From: Callorhinchus milii
Taxonomy: Eukaryota
DNA length: 64,000 bases
Direction of reading: 5' to 3'
Assembly: GCF_018977255.1 (NCBI RefSeq)
Contig: NW_024704742.1
Coordinates: 131,194,001-131,258,000 of the forward strand
Within the stretch, counting starts at the first letter, position 1. Every line of letters begins with the position of its first letter. Shown here one piece after another: positions 1 through 12,800 of this stretch. A program made the translations under genes and the position numbers. The notes under the pieces are model-generated. The model was not told the DNA's origin and ran no database searches. It worked only from the letters and a program-made list of their open reading frames with translations.

Positions 1-987
1 CTACACACTCCAGTGAAGCTGTGAAGCACCCTGAGGCACCGGGAAGACATGCTAAGGTGCTGTATCAAATGCAAGGATTATTATTATCATTAGTTTGCAT
101 ATTTATATCTCTGCTGCACAGTTACAATAATGACACCATCAAGTCAGTATCTTGCTGGGATGGGAAAATGCAGTTAAGAAAGGGTAAAATGATGCCTTCA
201 ATTGTGAGTACGTTAAATTGCAATGATGTTTATGATTAGAGGATCAAATAGTTTCTCACAGACCCAGGCTGCTAACAAAAAGTCGTATTTTATTAAATTC
301 CACAGTACTGAAGGAATCTACTGTCAACGCAGATGACATGTAATGTTATTATGGTGACAATTAATGACACACTACCCTTTCTCGGGCCTTTAACAGACTG
401 AGTTTGAGAAACAATATAAAATTAAAACCTATTATCTTCTGTCTACATTCCGCTAATTATGTTTCTTTGATTGCTTTTTCATTTGATTACATTTAGAGCT
501 GTAACTCCAGTTCTCTCATCTCTGGCAGATGCTCAGAAGCCTCAGAATTATTGCACTGCGAATAAATTTGCTGTTTTGAATTGTGTTTCAAGAAATTGAC
601 CTTAAAAGGCCAGAGCTGGTTATTAATAATGAGAGTAAATAACAAGGACAAAAACACTGACCTGAACTTCAAGCCGTTAAAAATTAAATTGCACAAAAAA
701 AATATTATCTGAGACATTTGCTCAGTACTGTGAGTAACAACAGCTTTACGGTAACATCGTAAAGTATTTCATCTCCCTTTTAACTTTCAACACAAAATAC
801 TTTTGACGCACTTTACAGTATATTCTGTGAAGCACTTTGAGATGCACCATCAGTGTGTTAAGGCTCTATATCAAATGTAAGGATTATTACTATTGTAACT
901 TTCAGATAAATTTTTTCCCCAACTTTTTTGATGATTCACCATTTATGAAGTTTCTTTCTGACACACATGGTGCTCAGGAGTATCAGC

Positions 988-1508
988 AGATAATAATAAT
1001 AATTCTAATATTTAATATAGCACCTTTCGTGATGGGATGATGACTCAAAGTGCTGTACAGGATTTACTGTAAAGTGTAGTGACCGTGTATGAGCAGACAA
1101 GGTAGCCAATTTGCGCACAACATTACCTCACAAATAGCCATGAAGTGAGTGACCAATTTTATTTGGGCAATTGTCAGCTAGGACCCTGACAGAAACTTCC
1201 TTTTCTTCTTGAATAATGCTATGGAATCTTTAATGTCCTCCTGAACAGGCAGATGTGACAACAACAAAAATTACATGTGTAGCACCTTTCATGGCAGGAA
1301 GACGTCCCAAGGCGCTGGACAGTCAGAGTTTCGGACCCGAGTTTGACCTTGATTTAACATCTCATCTGAAGGATGGCACCTCTAACAATGTAGTGCATCC
1401 CGAGCATGGCATTGAGGTGTCAGCCTCGACTTGTTCATTCAAATGGGATTTGCAGCAACAGCCCTCTGACTCAGAAGTGAAAGTACTACCAACTAAGCCA
1501 GCCTGACA
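988..1508 (-). mobile_element. SINE family B, near full length, with an L2 tail inserted at about 1258-1342
   Basis: Colinear with 6725-7193. Confidence 0.8.
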
Positions 1509-2104
1509 CCGAAAGAGATAAAGGAAACTTGATCAATCTGGACCAGGAATTCACCTTCAGATGTCGAAGTCCACATGTTTAGAATACATGAGGAAGAGGG
1601 AATGTGGTACGTGTAACTGATCACAACTACATAACTCACTCCTTCCCCCCCTCCCCAATATTTGCCATTCCCATATTAATCCAAATAAATATGAAAACAC
1701 ATCATAACAGCTTTGGTGACACACAAGTTGCTTCTCCAAAAAGCTGCTGTTAATCAATATAATTGAGCTTTCCTCTACTATAAAATGCAATTATCACTAA
1801 TGGCTTTCGGTCCATACCTAAGTCGAATGTTAACATGGCCGGTGACTCAGGAGGTAAATAATCCACACAAAGTATTATTAGTGTAATCTATTTACAGACT
1901 CACAAAGTTGGTTACACATTTTGTTGTTGTGTTGCTGTAGCTCCAGTCATATTAAGGTACAATGGATGTTGAGAAGCGACAAAATCAATTAATGGTAATT
2001 GTAAACATTAGCAGGGAAAAGCACAATTATCCGTGGATCCATCCCAAGTGTGATCGGAAATGAGTCCATTTCCTGGAATAAGAAATGACACAATAGTGTT
2101 GTGT

Positions 2105-2422
2105 TAACCATGTGTAAACCGTTCCTGGGCTGGGTGAAAGCTTAGGCAAGTTTTCTTACTCCACGCGCCTCTGTTTACCTAGAGATAAGCAGGAACCTGG
2201 TTGTTCATCAATTGGCGGATCACTTTCCGGGGGGTAATAATCGCTTCAAAAAAATGAAATTATACAAATTCTAAAACATTAATAATTTGGTCACAATTGG
2301 CTACCGCCTTTTGCCCACAATACATACAGTCAATTTACTTTATAATACAGTCTGTGAAGAGCTTTGAGACAGCTCAACAACGTGATAAGCCGCTACATCA
2401 ATTGCAAGGATTATTATTATTA
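2105..2422 (+). mobile_element. SINE family A, head degraded
   Basis: Central domain, core and tail match the family. Confidence 0.8.
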
Positions 2423-3221
2423 CTGTTACTCCTCTTGATTTCAGCCTCCAGGTCAGGTGACAAACCCTTAACTGTACAGTGCCTTAGGACATCCTTATGT
2501 CGATATATAAATGTAATTTTGTTGTGGCTCAGGCTTGCTGAGCGACTGGCACGCAGAGCACAGTGACGTCCATCTTCCCTTTCAGCAGCATTTCTTTTTA
2601 CATTCAACATTCTGGACATTATGCAGAACAAAAACAAACAACTAATAGCCTTTAATGGGCAGTGTCATTTAAAACATGGCGCCCACTCCCACTTTCCTGC
2701 ACTCTTTTTTTGCAACTCCAACTGGAATCTTATTTAATGTGCAACCATTTGGCTCTTCACCCGTGTTCCATCGCATACACATGGATGACGTATTGGTGCC
2801 AATTTAGCGACCATATTTAGCACACAGAATGTGCACACGGACATGAGTGAAGTCTGTGAAACTGGGTTTCTGTAATTGCCGTTTGGTTCACAGTCTTTGG
2901 CTGCATGTCAAGAACAAGAACAACAACAAGAACAACTTACGTTTATAAGACGCTGTATTAAGTGCAAGGATTGTTATCATTATTATATTGCGCCTTTCAT
3001 GTGGGGCAGCGTCTCGGAGCACTGGTCAGAAGGATACCAGCATTTTAGCGCCTTTCACGCTGGGGGGACATTCCAAAGGGTTACCAGGAACAGTGGTAAA
3101 GGCCATGACGTTGCAACTCTATTAAAAAGCAGCTTGATGCTGTGATGAGGAGAAACCGTGGGATGTTTGTTCTGGACGGATGTCAGATGGGCCGAAGGGC
3201 CTTCTTCATCTGAACCATCTG

Positions 3222-4708
3222 GCCCCCCCTCCTGTCCGATGTCATCAACCTCTCCCTGTCTACCTGCTCAGTTCCCAACCCCCTAAAAACAGCCGTCATC
3301 ACCCCCATTCTGAAAAAACCTTCCCTGGATCCATCCTTCCTCTCCAGCTACCGCCCCATTTCTAACCTCCCATTCCTCTCCAAGGTCCTTTCTCTCTCGC
3401 CATTCCCTCTTTGAACCCCTCCAATCTGGTTTCCGTGCTGCCCACAGCGTGGAAACAGCCCTGGTTAAAGTCACTAATGACATTTTGAACATCTGTGATC
3501 AGGGCTCCCTCTGCCTCCTTGTCCTCCTCGACCTCTCTGCCGTCTTCGACAACACCGCCTCTCCGCTTTACTTAATCTTCACGGATCTGCCTTTGCCTGG
3601 TTCGATTCCTATCTCTCTCACCGTCTCCACTTCGTTGCCTCTAACGGTTTCTCCTCCAACCCCCGCACTGTCACATCTGGCATCCCCCAGGGCTCTGTCC
3701 TTGGCCCTCTCCTCTTTAACATCTACATGCTCCCCCTTGGTGACATCATCCGCAGACATAGGATCAACTTCCGCAATCATGTGGATGATACCCAACTCTA
3801 TCTTTCTGCCTCCACCCTCAACTCCAGGACTACTGCTGTCCTAACAGACTGCCTGTCGGACATCAAGTCCTGGATGAGGGTAAATTTCCTACAGTTGAAT
3901 GTGAACAAGACTGAGGCCCTCCTGATTGGCTCGTGCCACCGCCTCAGCACCTCAGGCTCTGGCAGCATCAACCTCCATGGTTGCACACTACAACTCACCA
4001 AGTCAGTCAGGAACCCAGGTGTCTTGTTCGACCCTCAGCTGTCTTTTCTCCCCCATATTCAACCCGCTCTGTCTTCCCTCACCTCCGTAACATTGCCCGA
4101 CTCCGCCATTACCTCAACCCTCAGGCCGCTGAAACTCTTGTTCATGCCTTCATCACGTCCAGGCTCGACTATGCAAACGCCCTGCTTGTCGGCCTTCCCA
4201 ACTCCTCCCTCCACAGGCTGCAGATAATCCAGAACTCTGCAGTCCGTCTCCTCTCCTCTCCGTGACCTCATCTCACCCATTCTCGCCCGACTCCACTGGC
4301 TCTCTATCCTTCAGAGGATCCAGTTCAAGATCCTGGTCCTCACATACAAAGCCCTCCATGGCCTTACCCCACCCTACCTCTGTGCCCTCCTAACCCCCTA
4401 CCAACCCGCCCGTTCCCTCAGCCCAGCCGGCTCTGGCCTGCTCCACGTCCCCCGACCCACCCGCCCCACCATTGTCGGGAGAGCCTTCAGCCACTCTGCC
4501 CCCAACCTCTGGAATTCCATCCCCCAGTCACTCCGCCTCACCCCCTCCTTAGCCTCCTTCAAGTCCTGCCTCAAAACCCTCCCCTTCCCCTCCCCTCCCT
4601 TACCCCCCCAACCTCAGCTTGTGTTTGAAATGCTGTACTCTGTCCAGCGCCTTGGGATGTCCTCCTGATGTGAAAGGCGCTATACAAATATAATCTTGTT
4701 GTTGTTGT
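3222..4708 (+). mobile_element. L2-clade LINE, 5'-truncated, degenerate ORF2 reverse transcriptase plus 3' end
   Basis: Frameshifted RT motifs [64 protein letters not shown]; 3' stem-loop and (TTG)n tail. Confidence 0.95.
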
Positions 4709-4727
4709 AAACCAATGTTGTGATAGA

Positions 4728-5020
4728 CCATAAGACGTAGGAGCAGGAGTAGGCCATTCGGCCCCTCGAGCCTGCCCTGCCATTTAATAAGATCATGACT
4801 GATCTTCTAATCTAATTCCATTTACCCGCCCTATCCCCATATCCCTTAATCCCTCTATCCTTTAGAAATCTATCAACCTCAATCTTGAATATGTTCAAGG
4901 ACTGAGCATCCACAGCCTTCTGGGATAGAGAATTCCACAAATTCACTACCCTCTGAGTGAAAAAATATTTCAACTCAGTTTGACAAGGCTGACCCTTAAC
5001 CTTGAGACTATGACCCCTAC
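4728..5020 (-). mobile_element. CR1-clade LINE 3' end (shark HER1/HE1-like tail)
   Basis: ccataagacgtaggagcaggagtaggccattcggcccctcgagcctg is the reverse complement of a CR1 3' terminus; homologous copy at about 46680-46905. Confidence 0.8.
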
Positions 5021-6156
5021 TTAGATCTAGCTAGATAGAAACCTCAATAGTTTTTAAGAGAGTAATTATTTGGGGAGGACAAGTTTGTAGGGCTATGGGG
5101 AGAGCGTGGGCGAAACGTGCCCGCACAGTAGTATCCCACAAACAGTCGTGGATTGAAGTGACCAAATTTATTATTATGAGTTGGGTGAGAACTGGCTTGG
5201 GCTAAACAGTGATTGCTCCCTGCTGTCGAATGGCCCGGCTGACACCCACCCACTTTCCATGCTCACACCTATAAAACAGCCGTATGGGCAAAAGTCCGCT
5301 GTAACCACATCCCACTGAGGTCCGAAATTCCACCCAGTCTCAGTCATTAACTCATTTTGGTCATTCACTTCATTGCCTTTTGCGGGTAAGTTGTCGTGTG
5401 CAAAATTGCTGGCCGTGTCTTCCTGTAATATAGTCATAGGTGTGTGTGTTGGTATGTGTGTGGTGGGGGGTGAATGGGGGGGCGGTGGGGGCAGTAGAAA
5501 GCCTCAGCTCAGACCACCTCCAAAATACACAGTCACTGTACTTCACAGTAAAACTCTGTGAAGCGATCTCAGACCTCGCCGATGTGATAAGGTGCTACAT
5601 CAAGTGCAAAGATTACTATTATTATTATTTGTCTCTTTAACCTCCCTTTCACCCACACCCCTTCCCTCCCACCACACACACAGGGCTAGTGTTTCACTGC
5701 ATTTTCTCAATGCTCCCAAGGCCGTCAGGCAAAAGGCACAAAGAAAGGCCTTTGTTTCCGAGCTGAAGTCCTTCCACTTGCAACTCAGTTCATTCAGCAG
5801 TAAGGAAACAGTGAAGGGTTCTGCTGTTGTAAAAAGGTCATGGAAAAAATGTACCGCAGAAGTGCGTCATGCAGTTGGAAGACTTTTGTGTGCAAGCGTG
5901 TGTGTATGTGTTTGTATAAAATCAATTCCCTCCCTCCCTTCTCTTCCCCATGCCAAGTTCTGACTCCGAAGTGAAATGTCCTGCTGCCTGTCTAGTCTAG
6001 GGAAAGGTCACGCTGAATGGCAAGCTCTGATCCTGTACATGCTCCCTAATCATTCCAGCAGCAGGGAGGAGACGGAATAACATCTCACCCACTGTTCTGA
6101 GAGATGGGACCACTCCACACTTTCTACTCCACTGACACAAGAACCATATGGTCCGC

Positions 6157-6170
6157 GTTTCCATGGCAAC
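6157..6170. promoter_or_regulatory. Candidate RFX X-box
   Basis: GTTTCCATGGCAAC is an exact fit to GTTNCCATGGNAAC, in non-repeat sequence. Confidence 0.55.
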
Positions 6171-6724
6171 TGAAGCCCCCTTTTTATAATACACACACAC
6201 ACACACCAGACTTCAAGCTCGACCAAATTAACCATTAGATTCTCGAGGCTGACAGAAGCTATGAGGGACTGAAAGGGAAGTGTAATGAGTGCCAGGATTT
6301 ATTACCCACTGATGCATCACACAGGAGTCACTTAATGAAATATAGCGTTATAATCATCCTTCATGTCTCGATCACATCCCCAGTTAAACTGACTGGTGTT
6401 GGTGAATTGGAGCACGAGCCTCCAAAACATATTCAGCAATTTACGTGCATTAAACTCGATCCTGCTTTCCTAATGCCAGCGTTTCCATGTCGAGACAAAA
6501 TACCTTCAATTTCACGTCATCTCTTCTAACCTTTTTAGATCTAAAAGAAAATGTGTCACTTTTAATGCTGCGAGTCTGTCTACCTGTAATAACACTTCAC
6601 CCACAAAATACACAGTCTCACCACTTTATGGTAAATTGCTGCAAAGCGCTTTGAGACGTCTCGACGATGCAATAAGGCGCTGTATCAAATACATGGATTA
6701 TTATTATTGATAATAATAAATAAC

Positions 6725-7193
6725 AATAATTATTCTTGAATTTGGTTTCATGTCAGGAGGATGTCTCAAAACACTTCACTAGATTTTCACTGTGAAGTGC
6801 AGTGACTGTGTAATTTGTAGGAGAATGCAGCAGCCCAATTGTGCACAGCAATGTCTGAGAAACAGACATGAAGTGAATGACCATTTTTTTTGTTTGTTTG
6901 TGGGATTGTTGGCCAGGACAAAGGGAGAAACTGCCTTCTCTTTTTGAATTGTGTTGTGGGATCTTTGACATCCATCTGAACAAGCAGCCAGGTCCACAGA
7001 AGGATGGCACCTTTGACAATGCAGCAAAATTGGCTGCTGTGTTCACCTAAAAATACAGTCACTGCACTTCGCAGCACTGCTTTGGATTGTCAGCCAAAGA
7101 CTGTATAAGTTCAAAGTCCCAATATGAGGCTTGAACCCACAACCTTCTGACTCAGTGTTAAGAGTACTACTACTAACTGAGCTAGGCTGACAC
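6725..7193 (-). mobile_element. SINE family B (SacSINE1/DeuSINE-like), near full length
   Basis: Head gtgtcagcctagctcag...gagtcagaaggttgtgggttcaagcc; body caggtggacgttaaagatccc-type; Deu-like core and L2-type tail. The family name is from recall. Confidence 0.8.
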
Positions 7194-7369
7194 AGCGTGA
7201 CTCAGGTGGGGGCTCGTCCTAAAGAACAGAGGAGTACTATTATTTTACTAAGCTGAAAATTCAGCTACCAATAATATTTAACCGGTGGTTAAAATCCTGG
7301 TCACATGAAATACACAGAGCAAGCCTTGCAAACTGTAGCACCTATGGTCACCTCCCCTTTTCCTTGACA

Positions 7370-7710
7370 ACCCTAACTAATCCTGTCACTCCCTCCACTC
7401 AGCGAGCACTGGCCTGGCTCATGTCCCCCACCCCATCCACCACACCAGGTTTTCAACCATTCCGCCCACTCTCTCTGGAAGTCTATTCCGGAGTCCCTCT
7501 GACCTAAACCCTATCTTCCTACTTTCAAAACCTGCCTCAAGACTTCCCTCTTTGACTGCCTCTTCTCTCTTTGGTTTGTATCTTTTCCCCCCAGCCCACT
7601 CATCCTTTTCACCTCCTTCCTCTCTCCTGGGCTTGGGTTGCCCAGCCAGCCATGCAAAGCGCTTTGAGACGTCCTCCCGGCGTGAAAGGGGCAGTATGAA
7701 TGGAAATCGC
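7370..7710 (+). mobile_element. Older L2 3' fragment
   Basis: Degenerate WNS.P / FKTCLKTSLF segment and L2-type tail; related copy at about 35160-35390. Confidence 0.7.
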
Positions 7711-8384
7711 CTTATACTGTGATACGATCGGAGCTTTCAGACGAGAGGTACGGCTCATTCCCCCTGCTCACCCCCAGCCTTCCTGGCCGCTTATCATGAC
7801 TGCTGTGTGACCTTGATCCGAGGGTTGCTCACCCTCGCTGCTGCGGCGACAGCCACGCTCCGAGGTGTCAGCGAGACACGAAGGAGCCATCAGCAGAAGC
7901 CACCGTGCTGACAGCCATCAGTCACAGAGCAGCAGTCTGCCCATAATAGCCCGCGTAATGAGACTCTCTTCCTGAGAGCCCCTGCCTGCAAATTGTCATG
8001 TACCAGGCGAGTGTGGAAGCATATTAAAAAAAAACACGGAAAAACGTTCATCTGTGTCAGCCCGCACAGAGGAGACCAGGACTAATTACTCCGCAGGTTG
8101 TTTTGCTTCCCCCGCTGCTCTCGTTTGGTTCCTCTTTACTTAACCTGAGAATCTCCAGGTTTGTAAAGGTCGACGAGCCGCCACATCGACTTACCACAGG
8201 CGCTGGGGGATCTGCTGCCAAGTTCCGGCGTGGCTCAGCCCTAACCTACTGTCTGCGGCTTGCAACGAACAACGCTGTACGATGTACGTTCACAGAGCGC
8301 CTTTCACATCAGCAGGACAGCAGCAGCTACTCGTATTTATATAGCAGGGCAGCGTCTCAGAGTGCTTATACCATGTAATAACCA

Positions 8385-8885
8385 TGTAATAACAATCCTC
8401 GCGTTTTATATAGCACTTCATCACTTCATTGAGACGTCTCAAAGCGCTTCACCCAACTTGTTGGGGAGTTCACCCAGGAAGGGGTGGGGTGGGCGATGCA
8501 GAGAGATGACTGAAAACGGGGTCAAAGAGGGTATGTCTTGAGGGGAATGTTACAAGTGGGAAAGAAGGGGGAGAGGAGGAGGGACTCTAAGAGGGAGTTC
8601 CCGCGAAAGGGGGTAGAATGGCTGAAAGTTCATCCTCTGATGGTCAGACAGATCAGGGGGCGGGACATGAAGCAGGCTGGTTGGTGCTTGCTGAATGAAG
8701 GGAGCAGCTGGGTGAGTAAGGTTGCAGAGGTGGGGTGGGGGCAAGGCTACCGAAGAATTTGAACGCAAGGATGAGGATTTTGAATTTGATCTGCTGGGGG
8801 ATGGGGAGCCAGCAGGGCTGAGCGAGGATGGGGGTGATGGGCTCACAGAGCTGATGTGGGAGAGGGCATGGACGGTAAAGTTCCA
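8385..8885 (-). mobile_element. L2 LINE 3' fragment
   Basis: PITPILAQPCWLPIPQQIKFKILILAFK ORF2 C-terminus, then a C-rich 3' UTR and tail. Confidence 0.88.
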
Positions 8886-9004
8886 AACATGAGGGACGTT
8901 TCAGGTCTTCACATAATCATTTTATTAGTAAATGCGAGACTAATTTGTATCTTATTCTACTTATGTGCAGCTGACTTATAAATTGCCAACCTGTACCTAA
9001 TATT

Positions 9005-9197
9005 TTCCAGGATTAGGTAAGTAGGGTGCGTACGTACCTCTGGAGAGAGCCTGCACATTCCATTCCAGACACAGAGAACATTTCCCTGTTTAGATGACAT
9101 ACATGTGTGGAACTCTGTTTGGTTTGGATACTCTTAAGCATGGTGATGGGTTTCTGCATGTGTCAGACACATGGCTGATCAAGAAAAAATAAATAAT
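9005..9197 (+). mobile_element. Unidentified A-tailed retroposon (family C), 3' part
   Basis: Ends tactcttaagcatggtgatgggtttctgcatgtgtcagacacatggctgatcaagaaaaaataaa; seven further pieces in the window. Confidence 0.75.
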
Positions 9198-10014
9198 GAT
9201 GAAAGGAAGGGGAAGGAGAGAAATTGAGATCATTCTCGGAATAAATTACTTGCTGTGTTTGATGTCCTCTCTCGTTAGCTAACAAGCTTTGTGTCACTGG
9301 TAATGTTTGTTTCTTGGGACAAATAGTTGGTCCATTGCTATGTGAATGCGTATGTGTTGGGTGGGGGGTGGGGGGGGGGGGCGGGTGGGAGTGTTGCTGT
9401 AGGGGAACAGTGAAGAACTGGCGTCAATGTACAGAAATCAAAGCTATTGCTCAGAATTTCTTTGTGTCAGGATGGGATAGGTAAGGTTTTAACTGGATTG
9501 TAACGAAGAGAGCAGGTATAGCCTCATTGAGCGGTGGATGGCGCTATCCACTTACTCATGATAATGTGTTGATCGTTCTGGGAACATTCGGTGACTCTTA
9601 CCTTTTGTAATGTGTGGGTAATTTTATACAGTGCAACCCTGCTTGAATGACAACCCCCCGCCAACCCCCCTCCTGTACTTCATCATCGTGTGAATTTGCT
9701 TGTAACGCGATTCCAGGCCATCAATCTCTGCCGATGTCACTTCCCTCTTTGAGCAGAAAACAGGAAGTTACATTGCAGTGAACCGCCAACGCAGGAGTCG
9801 GACTTTTTTTTGTTTTGCTGCTGGAATCATCTGACTCGGGCCATGCATTAAAACCCGTTATCACATCTCCCTATAATGCGTTTTGGTATTGAGCTCTCCA
9901 AATAGAATATAAATTTACATTTATATAGCACCTTTCACATCGGGAGGACTTCCCAAGGGACTGGACAGTCCAGGGTTTGCACCGGGGGGGGAGAGAGGGG
10001 GGAATTTGAATTTG

Positions 10015-10190
10015 ACCGAGCCATCAGCTCCCCTCTCGACTCTCTTCCCCCTCCTCGCTCCCTCCCTTCCCTCCCCTCACCCTGACCATTTCCCCCCTGC
10101 TCGGGTCATGACCCAACTGTGCAGCGCCTTGGGACGTCCTCCTGACGTGAAAGGCGCTTTATAAATGGAATCTTGTTGTTGTTGTTGTTG
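10015..10190 (+). mobile_element. L2 LINE 3' end nested in an antiparallel L2 remnant (about 9910-10260)
   Basis: gcgccttgggacgtcctcctgacgtgaaaggcgctttataaatggaatcttgttgttg tail. Confidence 0.85.
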
Positions 10191-11686
10191 AAGGCCTTGA
10201 TTTGGTGAAAGAGGCGAGTTGAAAGTATTCTAGGATGGGGTTCCATATGATGAAATGCCAAACTCCCCCTAGAGGCCTTGTTCAACAACACTTGCATGTC
10301 TCTGTTAAACAATCTCATAATATTGGCTGACACTTTATTGCAATGCTGGGGGAAGTGCTGTCCTTCAGATGAAACATTAAACTGAGGTCCCAGCTCCCGA
10401 AGTTGATGTTAAAGATTCCATGGCACTGTTCGAAAAAAGAAGAAAGTTTCTCCCCGTGTCCTGGCCAACAATCCCTCAAATAAAAATGGTCATCCACTTC
10501 ATAACTATTTGTGGGACAGGGCTGTGAGCAAATTTGTTTTACCTACAAATACAGTCATTACACTTCACAGTAAAATCTGTAAAGCGCTTTGAGATGTTTC
10601 AACAACACGATAAGACACTATATTAAATGCATGCAAGCTTATTTATTTAATCTATCTCTCTCTTTTCTCTCTCTAGACAAAAGCACTATTAAGACAATAC
10701 CTCAGAGCTATGTGTTGAAAGGAAACGAGATTTTGCCAGAGGCAAAAACATGCTCCAACTGTTGTGTTCCCAGCTTGTCAATCTTCAGAGCAAAGCTACA
10801 TGCTATAGACATTTACACTCAATAACAAATAAGGCATGTTTTTGGACTGCTCCTCTAAAGCCCATCTTTTCAACTCTGAGACCAAGAGTTTAATACATTT
10901 CAAAGGATGAATAGGCTGGATGTCTCACCTCTCTCTGAAAGATCACAAACAGACCCAAAGTTTGCACTTTTCCTAGCCCTAAGATGAGCAGGGAATGGGA
11001 ATCTTGTTGAATGGGTTCAGGGAAAAACACTTTAAGGTGATTTAATCTATTGATACAAAGCATGTACAATGTTCAGGCAATAGGACAGAGAAAACCCGAT
11101 ACTGTGAGTATGGCTCAGCACTCGCACCCCCTTGGTTAGAAAGTTGTGGATGGTAACTCCATGTCAGGACTTTAAGCTCCCAATCTGGGACAACATTGCA
11201 GTATTGCATTGTCAGAGGTGTCGTCCTTTGACAATGTTACACCAAAGTCGCATCTGCCTGTCTAGGTAGATGTTAAAGAACCCTTGACATTGTTCGAAAA
11301 AAGAGAGTATTCTGACCAACAATCCTCCAGATAAAGCAGCCATCAATTTAATGGTCGTTTGTAACACATCGCTGTGCACAAATTGGCTGCTGCGTTTATC
11401 CACAAAGGCACAGTCACTTCACCTAACCGCAGTTACTTATGAAGACCTTTGAGATATTCTGACATTGTGGATGTTACATTAAATGTAAGGATTAGTATGA
11501 TTGTTGCTAGTGTAATGATGTACAGTATAACTTGCCGGGGACAATTGAGTGGTTGAAGCCAGGACCCTGGACTCATTTAAAAACACAGCTCCATGTTATA
11601 ATGGGAGGGTGACAGAGTGGGTTTTCAGCAAACATGAGATCAAATGGATTGAAAGACCTTCTTCATCCAAATCTTTCTTAACAGAA

Positions 11687-11985
11687 GTGAGTCTTGTAGC
11701 ATATTGGTTAGAGCACTCCCCTTGTGAGCGAGAGGACCCAGGTTTGATTCCCAGGCAGGGCGAAACCTTAGGCAAGTTTCTTGTTTGTGGGATTGTGGTT
11801 GCCATATTTTGCCCATAAAATATATAGTCAATTTACTTTGCAGTATAATCTGTGAAGCACTTTGAGGCATCTCTTTGCGCTCTGGGACGCTACCCCGCGA
11901 AAAGGGCGCTATATAAATGCAAGTTGTTGTTATCTCGACGAAGTTATAAGGCACTATATCAAAGCCAAGGAATTATTATAATTAG
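11687..11985 (+). mobile_element. SINE family A, deleted copy with a short L2 tail inserted (about 11875-11932)
   Basis: tRNA-like head joined to the Deu-like core; the tail is interrupted by tctgggacgctaccccgcgaaaagggcgctatataaatgcaagttgttg. Confidence 0.75.
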
Positions 11986-12069
11986 CATTATTCAATGTTG
12001 TCAATGGAAGGAATACAAAAGTGTTCAATTTCCCAGGCTCCTCTTATAATATATCTGTTCTTCTTGCAG

Positions 12070-12800
12070 TGCAGCTGTATCCAGGATAGAGGGGATAATG
12101 CAGTGTGAAGCATCTGGATCAGTTGAGTTGAAACCCCAAGAGAGGTTCTGCTCCAGCTGTACAGTACTCTGGTCAGGCTGCACCTGGAGAACTGAATACA
12201 GTTCTGGTCATAGCAACATAAGGATACTTCCCAGGCCCTTGGGGCAGTGCAGAAGAGAGCAATGAGCATGATCACCTGAATTAGCGGGATGAACTATGAG
12301 GAAGGATTAAGTGAATAGGGATTTTCTTGGATAAGCAAACCCAGAACAATACCTACAGATACTCAAAGGCAGAACAAGAGGGAACAGATTTTGAGTTGCA
12401 AAGGGCAATTTCAGGAGCACACGAGGAAGTATTTGTGTGTCAGCCTGACTCAGTCGATAGCACTCTTGCCTCTGAGTCAGAAGGTTGTGAGTTCAAGCCC
12501 CACATTGGGAGTTGGAATCACACAGTTAACAGACACTCCAATGCAGCGCTGGGGGTGGGTGTTGCATTGTCGGAGATTCCGTCCACTATATCAAATGCAA
12601 GGATTATTATTATTATTTTACCTGGAGGATAATCAATGAATGGAACAGGTCACCAGGAAGGGAGATTGAGAAAAAGGGAGCCTGTATTCATTGAAGAAAT
12701 AGTTTGGATGTTATGATGGGATATAACGTGGTGGATGTTCTGGAAGGATGAGATCAGATGGGTCAAACAACTTTTCTATCCATATCTCTCTTGTGACCCC
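12070..12800 (+). mobile_element. Old CR1 ORF2 3' fragment interrupted by a SINE piece (about 12437-12617)
   Basis: LYSTLVRLHLE..IQFWS, VQKRAMSMI and YEEGL motifs; CR1-type 3' end near 12740-12800. Confidence 0.7.

Noticed and set aside
9359..9390. G-rich run able to form a G-quadruplex (also about 27105-27140)
   Set aside because: Simple G homopolymer tracts on the non-coding strand, with no other support for function.
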